Shown: positions 7,938-15,966 of the stretch, in pieces
Layout of the letters: every line of letters begins with the position of its first letter
How positions within the stretch are numbered: position 1 is the stretch's first letter
Assembly (NCBI GenBank): GCA_035547195.1
Contig: DASZVB010000009.1
Span: forward strand, 2,122 to 66,121
Direction of reading: 5' to 3'
Length of the DNA stretch: 64,000 nt
Source of the DNA: Polyangiaceae bacterium
GTDB lineage: Bacteria > Myxococcota_A > Polyangia > Polyangiales > Polyangiaceae
Notes under the pieces: generated by a model
What the model was told of the DNA's origin: nothing
Databases searched by the model: none
Seen by the model: the letters and a program-made list of their open reading frames with translations, nothing else
Program-made: the position numbers and the translations under genes

Positions 7938-9187
7938 TCCGGGCGGCGGCGTTCGCGTTGGCGACGACCCTCTGCGTGCTCGCGCGCTCCGCCGTCGCCG
8001 ACGACCGGCGCGCCCCGTCGCTCGTGCACGTCTACGTCGCGGGGCCGCCGGAGGCCGTCCTGCGTACCCGCGCGACGGTGCGCGAGCTGCTCGCGCGCAT
8101 CCAGGTCGACGCCGTCGTGGAGCCCGCGTCCGACGAGGCCGTCCTCGCCGAGCCCGCGCCGGACGGCGTGGCGCGGGCGTTCCTCGATTTTCGTTCGCTC
8201 GCCGGAACACGCGTCGCCCTGGCGCCGAGCGGCCCGGATCACGACATCGTGCGACGAACATTGCCCGCTTCTTCGCTCGAGGTGTCGGTCGAAGAAGCGG
8301 CACACATCGTCTACGCCGCGGTCGAAGCGTCGAGAGACGCGAGCACTCGCCCCGCCGCCGCGGGCAGCGGCGCGAGCGAATCCCCCGCGACCGGTGAAGC
8401 GCCGCCGGCGACATCCGCTCCGCCGCCCGGCGCCTCTTCGGACGCCACCGGTACCGGAGCCGGGAGTGTGTCTCCCTCGCCGCCGCCGAAAACGACGTCT
8501 TTGGCGCCGGCGGCGCAAGTCGTCCCGGCGCCGCAGCAAAACGCGGAGAGCCGCGCCGGCGCGAACGGCGAAGATCACGGTCCCCCGAAAACGGCGCACG
8601 CGGGAAGCTCCGCTCTCGTGTTCGACGCGGCCGTGTCCGTATTCGGAGGCATGTCGTCGTACGGAGGCGACGCGGTGCTTCCCGGCGTCGGCGGCGCCCT
8701 GGACGTCCGCTTCGGGAGCGCGTCGCTGCGACCCGGTGCCATGCTCTCCGCCGGCGTGTTCTTTCCGAGCAGCGTCTCGAGCGGAGACGTGGGCGGCTCG
8801 CTGCGCGCCGAGTCGCTGCGGCTGCTCGGGCTCGTCGAATGGACGCCTTCGCCGCGATTCGGATTCGCTCTCGCCGCGGGCGGCGGCGCGGATCACGTCA
8901 CGTTCGACCCGGGTGCGTCCAGCGCGGTCGTCGTTTCCGAAGGCGCGGCCTCGCGCTACGACCCGGCCCTGCAAGGGCTGGTGTCCGCCCGCTTACGGTT
9001 CTCCAGCGCGTTCGGCGTGTTCGCGCTCGCGGCCGCCGACGTCGACCTCACGCCTCACCGTTACGTCACCGAGACCCTCGGGGACGCGACCCCGTTCTTC
9101 GCGTTGCCTCGCGTTCGCCCGACCGCGCTCGCCGGCGTGACTTACGTGTTCCACGAAGGACACCGACCCGCGGAGCCGTCGCGATGA
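7934..9187 (+). CDS. Secreted protein with probable C-terminal outer-membrane beta-barrel
   Basis: The GTG at 7934 overlaps the preceding stop (GTGA). VIRAAAFALATTLCVLARSAVA is a signal peptide. A Pro/Ser/Ala linker follows. The last ~190 aa show alternating hydrophobic/small residues and end ...ALAGVTYVF close to the C-terminus. Confidence 0.65.
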   Translation: MIRAAAFALATTLCVLARSAVADDRRAPSLVHVYVAGPPEAVLRTRATVRELLARIQVDAVVEPASDEAVLAEPAPDGVARAFLDFRSLAGTRVALAPSGPDHDIVRRTLPASSLEVSVEEAAHIVYAAVEASRDASTRPAAAGSGASESPATGEAPPATSAPPPGASSDATGTGAGSVSPSPPPKTTSLAPAAQVVPAPQQNAESRAGANGEDHGPPKTAHAGSSALVFDAAVSVFGGMSSYGGDAVLPGVGGALDVRFGSASLRPGAMLSAGVFFPSSVSSGDVGGSLRAESLRLLGLVEWTPSPRFGFALAAGGGADHVTFDPGASSAVVVSEGAASRYDPALQGLVSARLRFSSAFGVFALAAADVDLTPHRYVTETLGDATPFFALPRVRPTALAGVTYVFHEGHRPAEPSR

Positions 9188-10077
9188 CGTTCCCCGCCGC
9201 GTGCGGACGCACGCGCCTTCACGGGTGGCTCGCGCTGGCTACGCTGCTCGCAGGCTGCGCCGCCGACGACATCGTCGTGTATCGAGGTCGCGCCACGCAC
9301 ACGGCGCCCGACGAGGCCGGCGGCCTTCCCGTGGAGGACGCGAGCCCGGCCGAACATGGCAACGGCGGCACGACGCACGCCAGCACGGGCGGCGCGACAT
9401 CGCACATGACCGCGGGCACGGGCGGCAGCGTCGAACCGATGCACCCCCTACCTCCGCCCATGATGGCGGGCGCGGGCGGCGGCGGAGGGGGCTCCGGCGG
9501 CAGGCAAGAGTCTGCGGGCGGCGCGACCGGTGCCGGCGGTGCGTTCCCCATCGGCCTGGGCGGCATCCCGAATCTGCCGCAGCTCACCTGCACGACCGTC
9601 GCCGACTGCCCCACCAACTTCATGTGCGCGAAGATCGACTGCTCCCAGCAAATGGGGTTCTGCCAGCCGCGGCCCGTCATCTGTCCGGACCTCTCCCCGG
9701 TGCCGGTGTGCGGTTGCGACGGTGTCACGTACTGGAACGACTGCATCCGCCAGCAAAACGGCGTCGCCGCGAGTACGCTCAATCAGTGCACGATCAACGC
9801 CGCCACGTGCACGACTTCGGCCGACTGCAAAGTCCCGGGAGCTTCGTGCGCGAGGCTGAACCCCGTCGGCGGTATGGAATCGTGCGCAGCGCCGGGCCTC
9901 GGCGCGTGCTGGGTCGTGCCGTCGGACTGCGCGACGACGCCTGCCGCAGAGATGTGGGTCCCGTGCCAGGGGATGAACCCGGCGCCGACGCAGCGCCCCT
10001 CCTGCGTCGGCACGTGCGACGCGATTCAATCCGAGCAGCAGCACGTCGCGGGGACGCCGGGGCAGATGTGCCGCTGA
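9184..10077 (+). CDS. Cys-rich lipoprotein with a Kazal-like domain
   Basis: The ATG at 9184 overlaps the preceding stop (ATGA). LATLLAGC is a lipobox. A Gly-rich linker follows. CPDLSPVPVCGCDGVTYWNDCIRQQNGVAASTLNQC (9682-9789) fits the Kazal core PVCG-x-DG-x-TY-x-N-x-C. There are also two CTTxADC modules. Confidence 0.75.
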   Translation: MTFPAACGRTRLHGWLALATLLAGCAADDIVVYRGRATHTAPDEAGGLPVEDASPAEHGNGGTTHASTGGATSHMTAGTGGSVEPMHPLPPPMMAGAGGGGGGSGGRQESAGGATGAGGAFPIGLGGIPNLPQLTCTTVADCPTNFMCAKIDCSQQMGFCQPRPVICPDLSPVPVCGCDGVTYWNDCIRQQNGVAASTLNQCTINAATCTTSADCKVPGASCARLNPVGGMESCAAPGLGACWVVPSDCATTPAAEMWVPCQGMNPAPTQRPSCVGTCDAIQSEQQHVAGTPGQMCR

Positions 10078-10151
10078 CGAGTTTCCCGGGTGCAGCCGGG
10101 GATGCGTTCAGCTCGACCCAGCTTGCTCGGCTCCGCTCGAGCGCCGTCGCT

Positions 10152-10724
10152 TCAACGGTCGACCTCGAGCTCGACGCCCGCATATAGCTCGTCCACGGCG
10201 AAACGCGCGGGGGGCGTCGCCAATATGATCTCTTCGCCGGACCGGATTTCTCTCTGGCTCCATCCATCAGGCGTCCGTTCGACGAGCGTGACTTGGGGAC
10301 GTCGATGGGAGACGAACATCACGACCTCGAGACTTGGAAGCTGCTTGTAGTTCGCGAGCTTCTCGCCGCGATCGTAGTCCTCGGTCGAATCGCTCGTCAC
10401 TTCGAGCAGCAAGGTAGGGTTGACGATCGCGTTGGGATCCTTCGGCGATACCCGCCGCTCGCCGCACACGACAGTGGCGTCCGGGAAAGTGGACAGATCG
10501 GTGGCCTCCACCCGAACCTTGAGATCCGACGACGAGACGCGGCAGCGGCCGACGAGCGAGTTGCCGAGGAGGCGAATCGCGGCGGCGGCGAGATCGGCGT
10601 GCGCCGGTGTTCCGCCTGCCCTCGCGTAAATTTCTCCGTCACAGTACTCGAGCTTCACGCCGCTCACGTCTAGCGCGCGGAGGTAATCTTCGTAGCGGTG
10701 ATGAACGCGCCGGGCAGTGCTCAC
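10152..10724 (-). CDS. Uma2-family (DUF820) putative endonuclease
   Basis: The C-terminal 190 aa of track ORF 10152..11063 read RVHHRYEDYLRALDVSGVKLEYCDGEIY...SSDLKVRV...PDATVVCGE...NPTLLLEVTSDSTEDYDRGEKLANYKQLPSLEVVMFV. This is the typical Uma2 layout and length. I choose the GTG at 10724; the ATG at 10865 is the alternative. Confidence 0.8.
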   Translation of the reverse strand: MSTARRVHHRYEDYLRALDVSGVKLEYCDGEIYARAGGTPAHADLAAAAIRLLGNSLVGRCRVSSSDLKVRVEATDLSTFPDATVVCGERRVSPKDPNAIVNPTLLLEVTSDSTEDYDRGEKLANYKQLPSLEVVMFVSHRRPQVTLVERTPDGWSQREIRSGEEIILATPPARFAVDELYAGVELEVDR

Positions 10725-11107
10725 GAAACGCAGTGTACCAGATGCGAGAGGACGCGCAGCCGCGCCAGCACGGAGCAAACGCGACCCAACGCCCGCCGCC
10801 GCGCCTTCGACGACTGGCCCAGGTCCCTCGCGCAGTAGGCGCGCGCCGGAGCTCACGTCGCTCATGCCCGAGCCGCATGAACCTGCGAAGCCTCGTGTTG
10901 GATTCCATGGGTTCGACTTAGCGCTCTCGAACGGCGTCGCGCGTCCGGAACTCGTCCCATGGGACACCTGAACGGCGTCCACTGGGACACGCGCCCGCGA
11001 AAGCCTCCTCGACGATGGAATGGGCCTTTTTACCGCGGGGTTCGACGCGCTCGTCACTGGCACTCACCGTGCAGAAGAGCCCTCCGACTGCTTCGGAGGT
11101 CAATAAC

Positions 11108-11788
11108 ATGAATCGGCTCATCACTTGGTCCCGTCCCCTTTGGCTGCTCGTCGCCCTCGTCCCCGCGTGCGGAGGGGGAGACGACGGAACCAGCGTCAGC
11201 ATGTCGGACCTGGTCTCCACCTGCAAGCAGACGTGCAGCAAAGAGAAGGGCTGCCTCGGGGCCGAAGCCAACGCCCTCGACTGCGATCAGATGTGCTCGC
11301 CGAGCAATCTTCAGAGCAACATGAAGAGCGAGTCGAAAGAGACGTGCGACTACGACAAGCTTCGCTCCAAGCTCGAGGCCTGTCTGAACGTGGAATGCAA
11401 GGACCTCGAGGCTTGCCTCGACGACGCGAGCGATGTCTGCAAAGACACGACGTCTTCGGGCGCCGGCGGCGCGGCGAACACCGGCAACGGTTCAGCGGCC
11501 TCGGGAGGCGCCGGAACGACTTCGTCCGGCAGCGGCGCCGCGACCGACGAGCCCGCGTCGGGAACCGGCAGCACGGCGTCGAACGACGACTGCAGCGTCT
11601 GCGAGCGCGCGAACGCTTGCTGCCAGGCCCTGCTCGGCTCGGCCGGCGGCGACGAGGCGAACGCCTGCAGCGCGTTTTCCAAGACCCAATGCGAGAGCGC
11701 TTCGGACGCGGCGCGCAGCCAATTCATCCAGGTCTGTACGCAGACCCTTCAAGGCGGCGCGGCGACGGGCACGGCCGCTTGCAAGTGA
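11108..11788 (+). CDS. Cys-rich lipoprotein, unknown function
   Basis: The ATG at 11108 gives MNRLITWSRPLWLLVALVPACGGG (signal/lipobox). There are many spaced Cys (CKQTCSKEKGC...DCDQMC...CLNVECKDLEAC...) and a Gly/Ser/Ala/Thr linker. Confidence 0.7.
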   Translation: MNRLITWSRPLWLLVALVPACGGGDDGTSVSMSDLVSTCKQTCSKEKGCLGAEANALDCDQMCSPSNLQSNMKSESKETCDYDKLRSKLEACLNVECKDLEACLDDASDVCKDTTSSGAGGAANTGNGSAASGGAGTTSSGSGAATDEPASGTGSTASNDDCSVCERANACCQALLGSAGGDEANACSAFSKTQCESASDAARSQFIQVCTQTLQGGAATGTAACK

Positions 11789-11998
11789 GGGGAACGCGGC
11801 GTCGTGCGGAGCAGGGGAGGCCTACCGCGCGGAGACCTGAGCTAAAGAAGCCAACGCATAAGCTCAACGAGCCACGGCAGCGCTCGCCGTAGTATTCACC
11901 ACACGAAGGGACCGTGTAGGCCAAGCCCGCTCCCGAAATTGCGAGCGTCGCGGAATCCCGTTTCGACGTACAATGAAACCGGGGACGTTGCGGCGCTC

Positions 11999-13450
11999 AT
12001 GATTCTTTCACCGGGTGACATCGTCGCGGACAAGTACCGCATCGAGCGTTTCATCGGCGAAGGCGGCATGGGCACCGTCTATGCAGCGGTGAACCAGCTC
12101 ACGGGACGCAAGGTCGCGCTGAAGTGGCTGCGAACCGACCTGTCGACGAACGAGATGTTCGCGCAGCGTTTCATGCGCGAAGCGCGGGTGAGCGGCCGTC
12201 TCGACCACCCCAATATCGTCAACGTGTACGACGTGGGCCGCCACCGCGGGACCATTTTCATGGTCATGGAACTCCTGCGCGGCGAGCCCTTCGACGCCTG
12301 GGTGCGCCGTACGAAGCCGTCCCCCACGGAGTGCGTCGCGCGGCTCATGCCGGCGCTTCGCGCGGTCGCAGCGGCGCACGCGATGGGCGTCATCCACCGC
12401 GATCTGAAACCGGAACACATCTATCTGTGCCGCGGCGCGGACGGCAGCACGCGCCAGACGAAGGTGCTCGACTTCGGCATCGCCAAGGAGCTCGGCGCGC
12501 CCGACTCGAGCACGTCGCTCACCAGCCCCGGCTCGCTCATCGGCACGGTGCACTACATGGCGCCGGAGCAGGTCCGCAACTCGCGCCACGCGGACGTGCG
12601 CTCCGACGTCTACTCGCTGGGCGTCATCCTCTACTACGCGCTCGGCGGCAGTCTCCCCTACGACGCCGAGAGCATGGGGGAGCTCATCCTGAAAGTCGCG
12701 GAGGCGAAGCCGCAATCGCTGGCCCGGCGCAACCCGAAGGTCCCCAAAAAGCTCGCCGACGTCGTCATGCGCGCGATGTCGAAGGACCCGAACCGCCGCC
12801 ATCAAACCGTCACGGAGCTCGCGCGCGCCCTCGAGCCTTACTCCGACGGCGTCTTGTTCACGGAGCCGCGCGCCGAAGCATCGTTGCCGCCGGAAGCGCT
12901 GCCCACGGAGCCGGACGCGCCCGGTCTGAAACCGACTACCACATTGGTCTCGACGATGGGCCGGCGCGCGAGCATGCCGAGCCGCGCCCCCAAGGGGACG
13001 ACGCTCGCTCTGGTCGGCCTTCCGCTCGCCGTCTTCTTTCTCGTGCTCGTGGGCTCGTCGGTGTTCTCGTCGAGGGATCCGGCGCGAACGGACCCTTCGG
13101 CGGCGTCGGCGGCCCTGGAGCTTGCCACGGTGACGAAGCCCGTCCCGACGGTAGCTCGGCCGGTGCCCCCGCCATCGAATCACGCGGAGCCAACCGTGAC
13201 TCCGGTTCCGGCCGCATCCGTCCCCGCACCGCACAAGGCCTCGGAAGCGGTCACCAACAAACAAGCCGCGCTCATTCAAACGAACCGCCCGAAGTCCGCG
13301 AAAGCCACACCCCTCGTGTCCACCGGCTCGTCGATCGCGGCATTCCCGCGGGCAGCGGATTCACCCGCCGCCCAGCCGACGACGACGGCACACGCCGCGG
13401 CGCCGCAACCGGAGTCCGACATCGAGAAGAACCCGTACTTACGGCACTGA
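11999..13450 (+). CDS. Membrane-anchored Hanks-type Ser/Thr protein kinase
   Basis: The ATG at 11999 is preferred; the track start at 11939 is TTG. Motifs: GEGGMGTVYAA glycine loop, VALKWL, HRDLKPEH, DFGIAKE, APE. One TM helix (LALVGLPLAVFFLVLVGSSVF), then a Pro/Ala/Thr-rich tail. Confidence 0.9.
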   Translation: MILSPGDIVADKYRIERFIGEGGMGTVYAAVNQLTGRKVALKWLRTDLSTNEMFAQRFMREARVSGRLDHPNIVNVYDVGRHRGTIFMVMELLRGEPFDAWVRRTKPSPTECVARLMPALRAVAAAHAMGVIHRDLKPEHIYLCRGADGSTRQTKVLDFGIAKELGAPDSSTSLTSPGSLIGTVHYMAPEQVRNSRHADVRSDVYSLGVILYYALGGSLPYDAESMGELILKVAEAKPQSLARRNPKVPKKLADVVMRAMSKDPNRRHQTVTELARALEPYSDGVLFTEPRAEASLPPEALPTEPDAPGLKPTTTLVSTMGRRASMPSRAPKGTTLALVGLPLAVFFLVLVGSSVFSSRDPARTDPSAASAALELATVTKPVPTVARPVPPPSNHAEPTVTPVPAASVPAPHKASEAVTNKQAALIQTNRPKSAKATPLVSTGSSIAAFPRAADSPAAQPTTTAHAAAPQPESDIEKNPYLRH

Positions 13451-13503
13451 CGAGCGATCGATCACCGGCTTTGCGTCGTGTGGGGCGGCCGCCGATCCGC
13501 TCG

Positions 13504-14775
13504 TCACGGCGACGCGGCGCGATCGGTAGCCAGCTTGAGAATCGCGATCACGCTGATGGAATCGGTGATCTCGCCGGCTCGCACCATGCGAAGCGCCTCC
13601 GAAAACGCGACCCAGCGCACTTCGAGCTGTTCGGTGCCCTCGGGGTCCGCCTCGCCGTGCTCGAGCTCTTCGGCGAGAAAGTAGATGGCTTCTTCGTCGC
13701 TGACGCTGTTCGAGAGGTGGGCCCTGCCGAGTCGTGTCCAGCGCTTCGCGGTGACTCCCGTCTCTTCGAGCAACTCACGCTGGGCCGCGGCGAGCGGCTC
13801 CTCGTCGAATCGTCCCCCGCCCTCCGGAATCTCCCAGGAGTAGGCGTCCAGGGGATAACGGTACTGCCCGACGAGCAGCACGCGCTCGGCCGCGTCGATC
13901 GCCACGACGCCGATCGCGCGGTGTTTGAAGTGGACCACGCCGTAGATGCCCGGTTCGCCGTCCGGCCGCTCGACGTCGTCGTGATTCACGGCGATCCAGT
14001 CGTTCTCGTAGACGAGCGTTCGCCGCCGTCGCTTCCAGGGATTTTCGTCGAGCAGCATTCGCGGCACTTCGGACTCTTGCGGCGGCTCGGCGTCGGGCCA
14101 TTCGAACACCGCGGCGTCGAAGAGCCGCTCGCCGTTCGCCCAGCGCTCGGCGGCGTCCTCATTTTCGAGCGCGACTTCCAGCGCGAGGGACAGCTCGAAG
14201 TGACGCAGGTCGAGCTTGGCGCGGGCGAGCGCGCGTCGCTGACCGAGGATCATCGCCTCGTACGCGTTCATGACGTCCGGATACCGCGGGACGCCGCGCT
14301 TCTCTTCCGGATGCAGGTAGTGCGCTTCACAGGCGGCGACGTCCAGCGAGTGATGAGCGCGGCATCGCATCGGGCGCGCGTCGTACACCGCGCATCGATT
14401 CGATTTTTCGTCGAGCATCGAACACGGCGTGCGAGCCCGGCGCCGTTCGGCGAGCGTCATCGTTCGAATCGCGTGCACGTATTGCTTGACGCGTTGAACA
14501 ATCACGGCGAGATGCTCCCGCGACAGCGTCTCGCGAAACCCCCGCGCGATCGTCAGCGCCTCGGGCGCCGTGACGTCGACGGAGACGCCGTGACAACAAA
14601 AGCCGCACCCCGCCTTGCACGCCACGGACTGCATGACCGGCAAGAACGTGCGCTCGGCTCGTTGCGCCGCGCGAACGGTCAACTTCACGGACGTGTCGCG
14701 GTCACGACGCTCGGAGAGAACCGCCCGAGCGGCCGCCGTCTCCGTCGCGAAGAGCTCTCGGATCGCTTCCTTCAT
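13504..14775 (-). CDS. Fusion protein: YkgJ-type Cys-cluster domain + Nudix hydrolase (ADP-ribose pyrophosphatase-like)
   Basis: 423 aa. CKAGCGFCC (14593-14619) together with CSMLDEKSNRCAVYDARPMRC is the CxxCxxCC zinc/iron-chelating domain pattern. The C-terminal Nudix box GGGRFDEEPLAAAQRELLEETGV (13753-13821) fits GX5EX7REUXEEXGU exactly. Confidence 0.85.
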   Translation of the reverse strand: MKEAIRELFATETAAARAVLSERRDRDTSVKLTVRAAQRAERTFLPVMQSVACKAGCGFCCHGVSVDVTAPEALTIARGFRETLSREHLAVIVQRVKQYVHAIRTMTLAERRRARTPCSMLDEKSNRCAVYDARPMRCRAHHSLDVAACEAHYLHPEEKRGVPRYPDVMNAYEAMILGQRRALARAKLDLRHFELSLALEVALENEDAAERWANGERLFDAAVFEWPDAEPPQESEVPRMLLDENPWKRRRRTLVYENDWIAVNHDDVERPDGEPGIYGVVHFKHRAIGVVAIDAAERVLLVGQYRYPLDAYSWEIPEGGGRFDEEPLAAAQRELLEETGVTAKRWTRLGRAHLSNSVSDEEAIYFLAEELEHGEADPEGTEQLEVRWVAFSEALRMVRAGEITDSISVIAILKLATDRAASP

Positions 14776-14858
14776 GATTCAGCCGCTCGGCCCGACCGAG
14801 TTTTCGCTCCGGCTCGCGAACGAGGACGCGGGGGGCATGATAGCCTCCGAGCTCAGCG

Positions 14859-15053
14859 ATGCGCACGAGGATCGTCGGGTTTCACCAGGATGCCGAAGGC
14901 TACTGGGTGGCGGAGCTCGCCTGCGGGCATACGCAACACATGCGCCATCGCCCTCCGTGGCAGAACCGAGAGTGGGTCACGACCGAAGAAGGCCGCGCGG
15001 CGCGCATCGGCGCGGAAATCGAGTGTTCGGTGTGTGACGTGGAGCCCAGATGA
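14859..15053 (+). CDS. DUF3565-like small protein
   Basis: 64 aa: MRTRIVGFHQDAEGYWVAELACGHTQHMRHRPPWQNREWV...IECSVCD. The GFHQD.EG.WVAEL.CGH.QH.RH.PPW pattern is what I recall for DUF3565. ATG start, 83 nt divergent from 13504..14775. Confidence 0.7.
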   Translation: MRTRIVGFHQDAEGYWVAELACGHTQHMRHRPPWQNREWVTTEEGRAARIGAEIECSVCDVEPR

Positions 15054-15092
15054 TCACCCGGCCAATACGGCTAGTTTGCTACCTTCCGTCCG

Positions 15093-15944
15093 GTGAAGCC
15101 AGGAATCGGCAGTCAGACGGCGGTGCTCGTGTGCACGGCGCGGGCGATGGCGCACGGAACCACTCCGGTCGCAAAATTCTCGGACCCCACGGCGCTCCCG
15201 CTGTTGCCCGAAGACGTCCGAGCTCGCGTGGAGCGTTTTCGAAGCGGCGCCGCGCCGAAGACGAGGCGCGAGCGCATCGAACGGGCGTTCCTTCAGAAGC
15301 GCGCGAGCATGATGGTGGCGCGCACCGTGGCCATCGATGAAGCGGTACGCGCTGCTTCGTCGACGCAACTGGTCATTCTCGGCGCGGGGTACGATGGCCG
15401 CGCTTGGCGGATGGCCGAGCTCGCCAACACGGTGGTCTTCGAGGTCGATCATCCGGACACGCAGCGCGAAAAGCGCCCGCGGACGGCCGCGCTCCAAAAG
15501 TGCGCGCGCGAGGTGCGCTTCGTGCCCGTCGACTTCAGCCGCGACGACCTCGACGAGGCGCTCGCCGCGGCTGGCCACGACGTCACCCGTCCGACGACGT
15601 GGATCTGGGAGGGCGTCGTCATGTATCTCGAGCGCGCCGACATCGAGGCGACGCTCGCGATCCTCGCGCGACGTTCGGCGACCGGGAGCCGATTGACGAT
15701 CGCGTACATCAGTCCGGCGTGGATCCGCTGGCTGGCGGGCCTCGCCGTGCGACGTCTCGGCGAGCCCTTTCGCTCCGTTTTCACGCCGGGAGCGATGCGC
15801 GCGCTCCTCGCGCCGTACGGCTTCCGGATCCTCGACGACCGGGACATCCGGACCATCGCGCACGCGCTGTCCCCGGCGCTCGGTCGCGACGCGCGCGCGA
15901 TGAAACACCTGCGTGTGGTGACCGCGGAGAAGCTCGGCGCGTGA
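15093..15944 (+). CDS. Class I SAM-dependent methyltransferase (TIGR00027 / leucine carboxyl methyltransferase-like)
   Basis: GTG start. QLVILGAGYDGRAWR is the SAM-binding motif I. Also VFEVDHPDTQ and TTWIWEGVVMYL, which are hallmark blocks of this O-methyltransferase family. Confidence 0.85.
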   Translation: MKPGIGSQTAVLVCTARAMAHGTTPVAKFSDPTALPLLPEDVRARVERFRSGAAPKTRRERIERAFLQKRASMMVARTVAIDEAVRAASSTQLVILGAGYDGRAWRMAELANTVVFEVDHPDTQREKRPRTAALQKCAREVRFVPVDFSRDDLDEALAAAGHDVTRPTTWIWEGVVMYLERADIEATLAILARRSATGSRLTIAYISPAWIRWLAGLAVRRLGEPFRSVFTPGAMRALLAPYGFRILDDRDIRTIAHALSPALGRDARAMKHLRVVTAEKLGA

Positions 15945-15966
15945 CGTCGCGCGCCGCACCCGTCAC

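Noticed and set aside
12124-15096. 990-aa ORF on the + strand spanning the kinase, Nudix and DUF3565 loci. The class also includes 6678..8414 (-), 35586..38498 (-), 40398..43604 (+), 40444..42414 (-), 55535..57265 (-), 22152..24506 (the part upstream of 23732) and 62691..63905 (-).
   Set aside because: The translations are dominated by Arg/Ala/Gly/Pro runs with no motifs. They lie antisense or out of frame to genes with clear domain signatures. This is the usual stop-codon scarcity of very GC-rich DNA.
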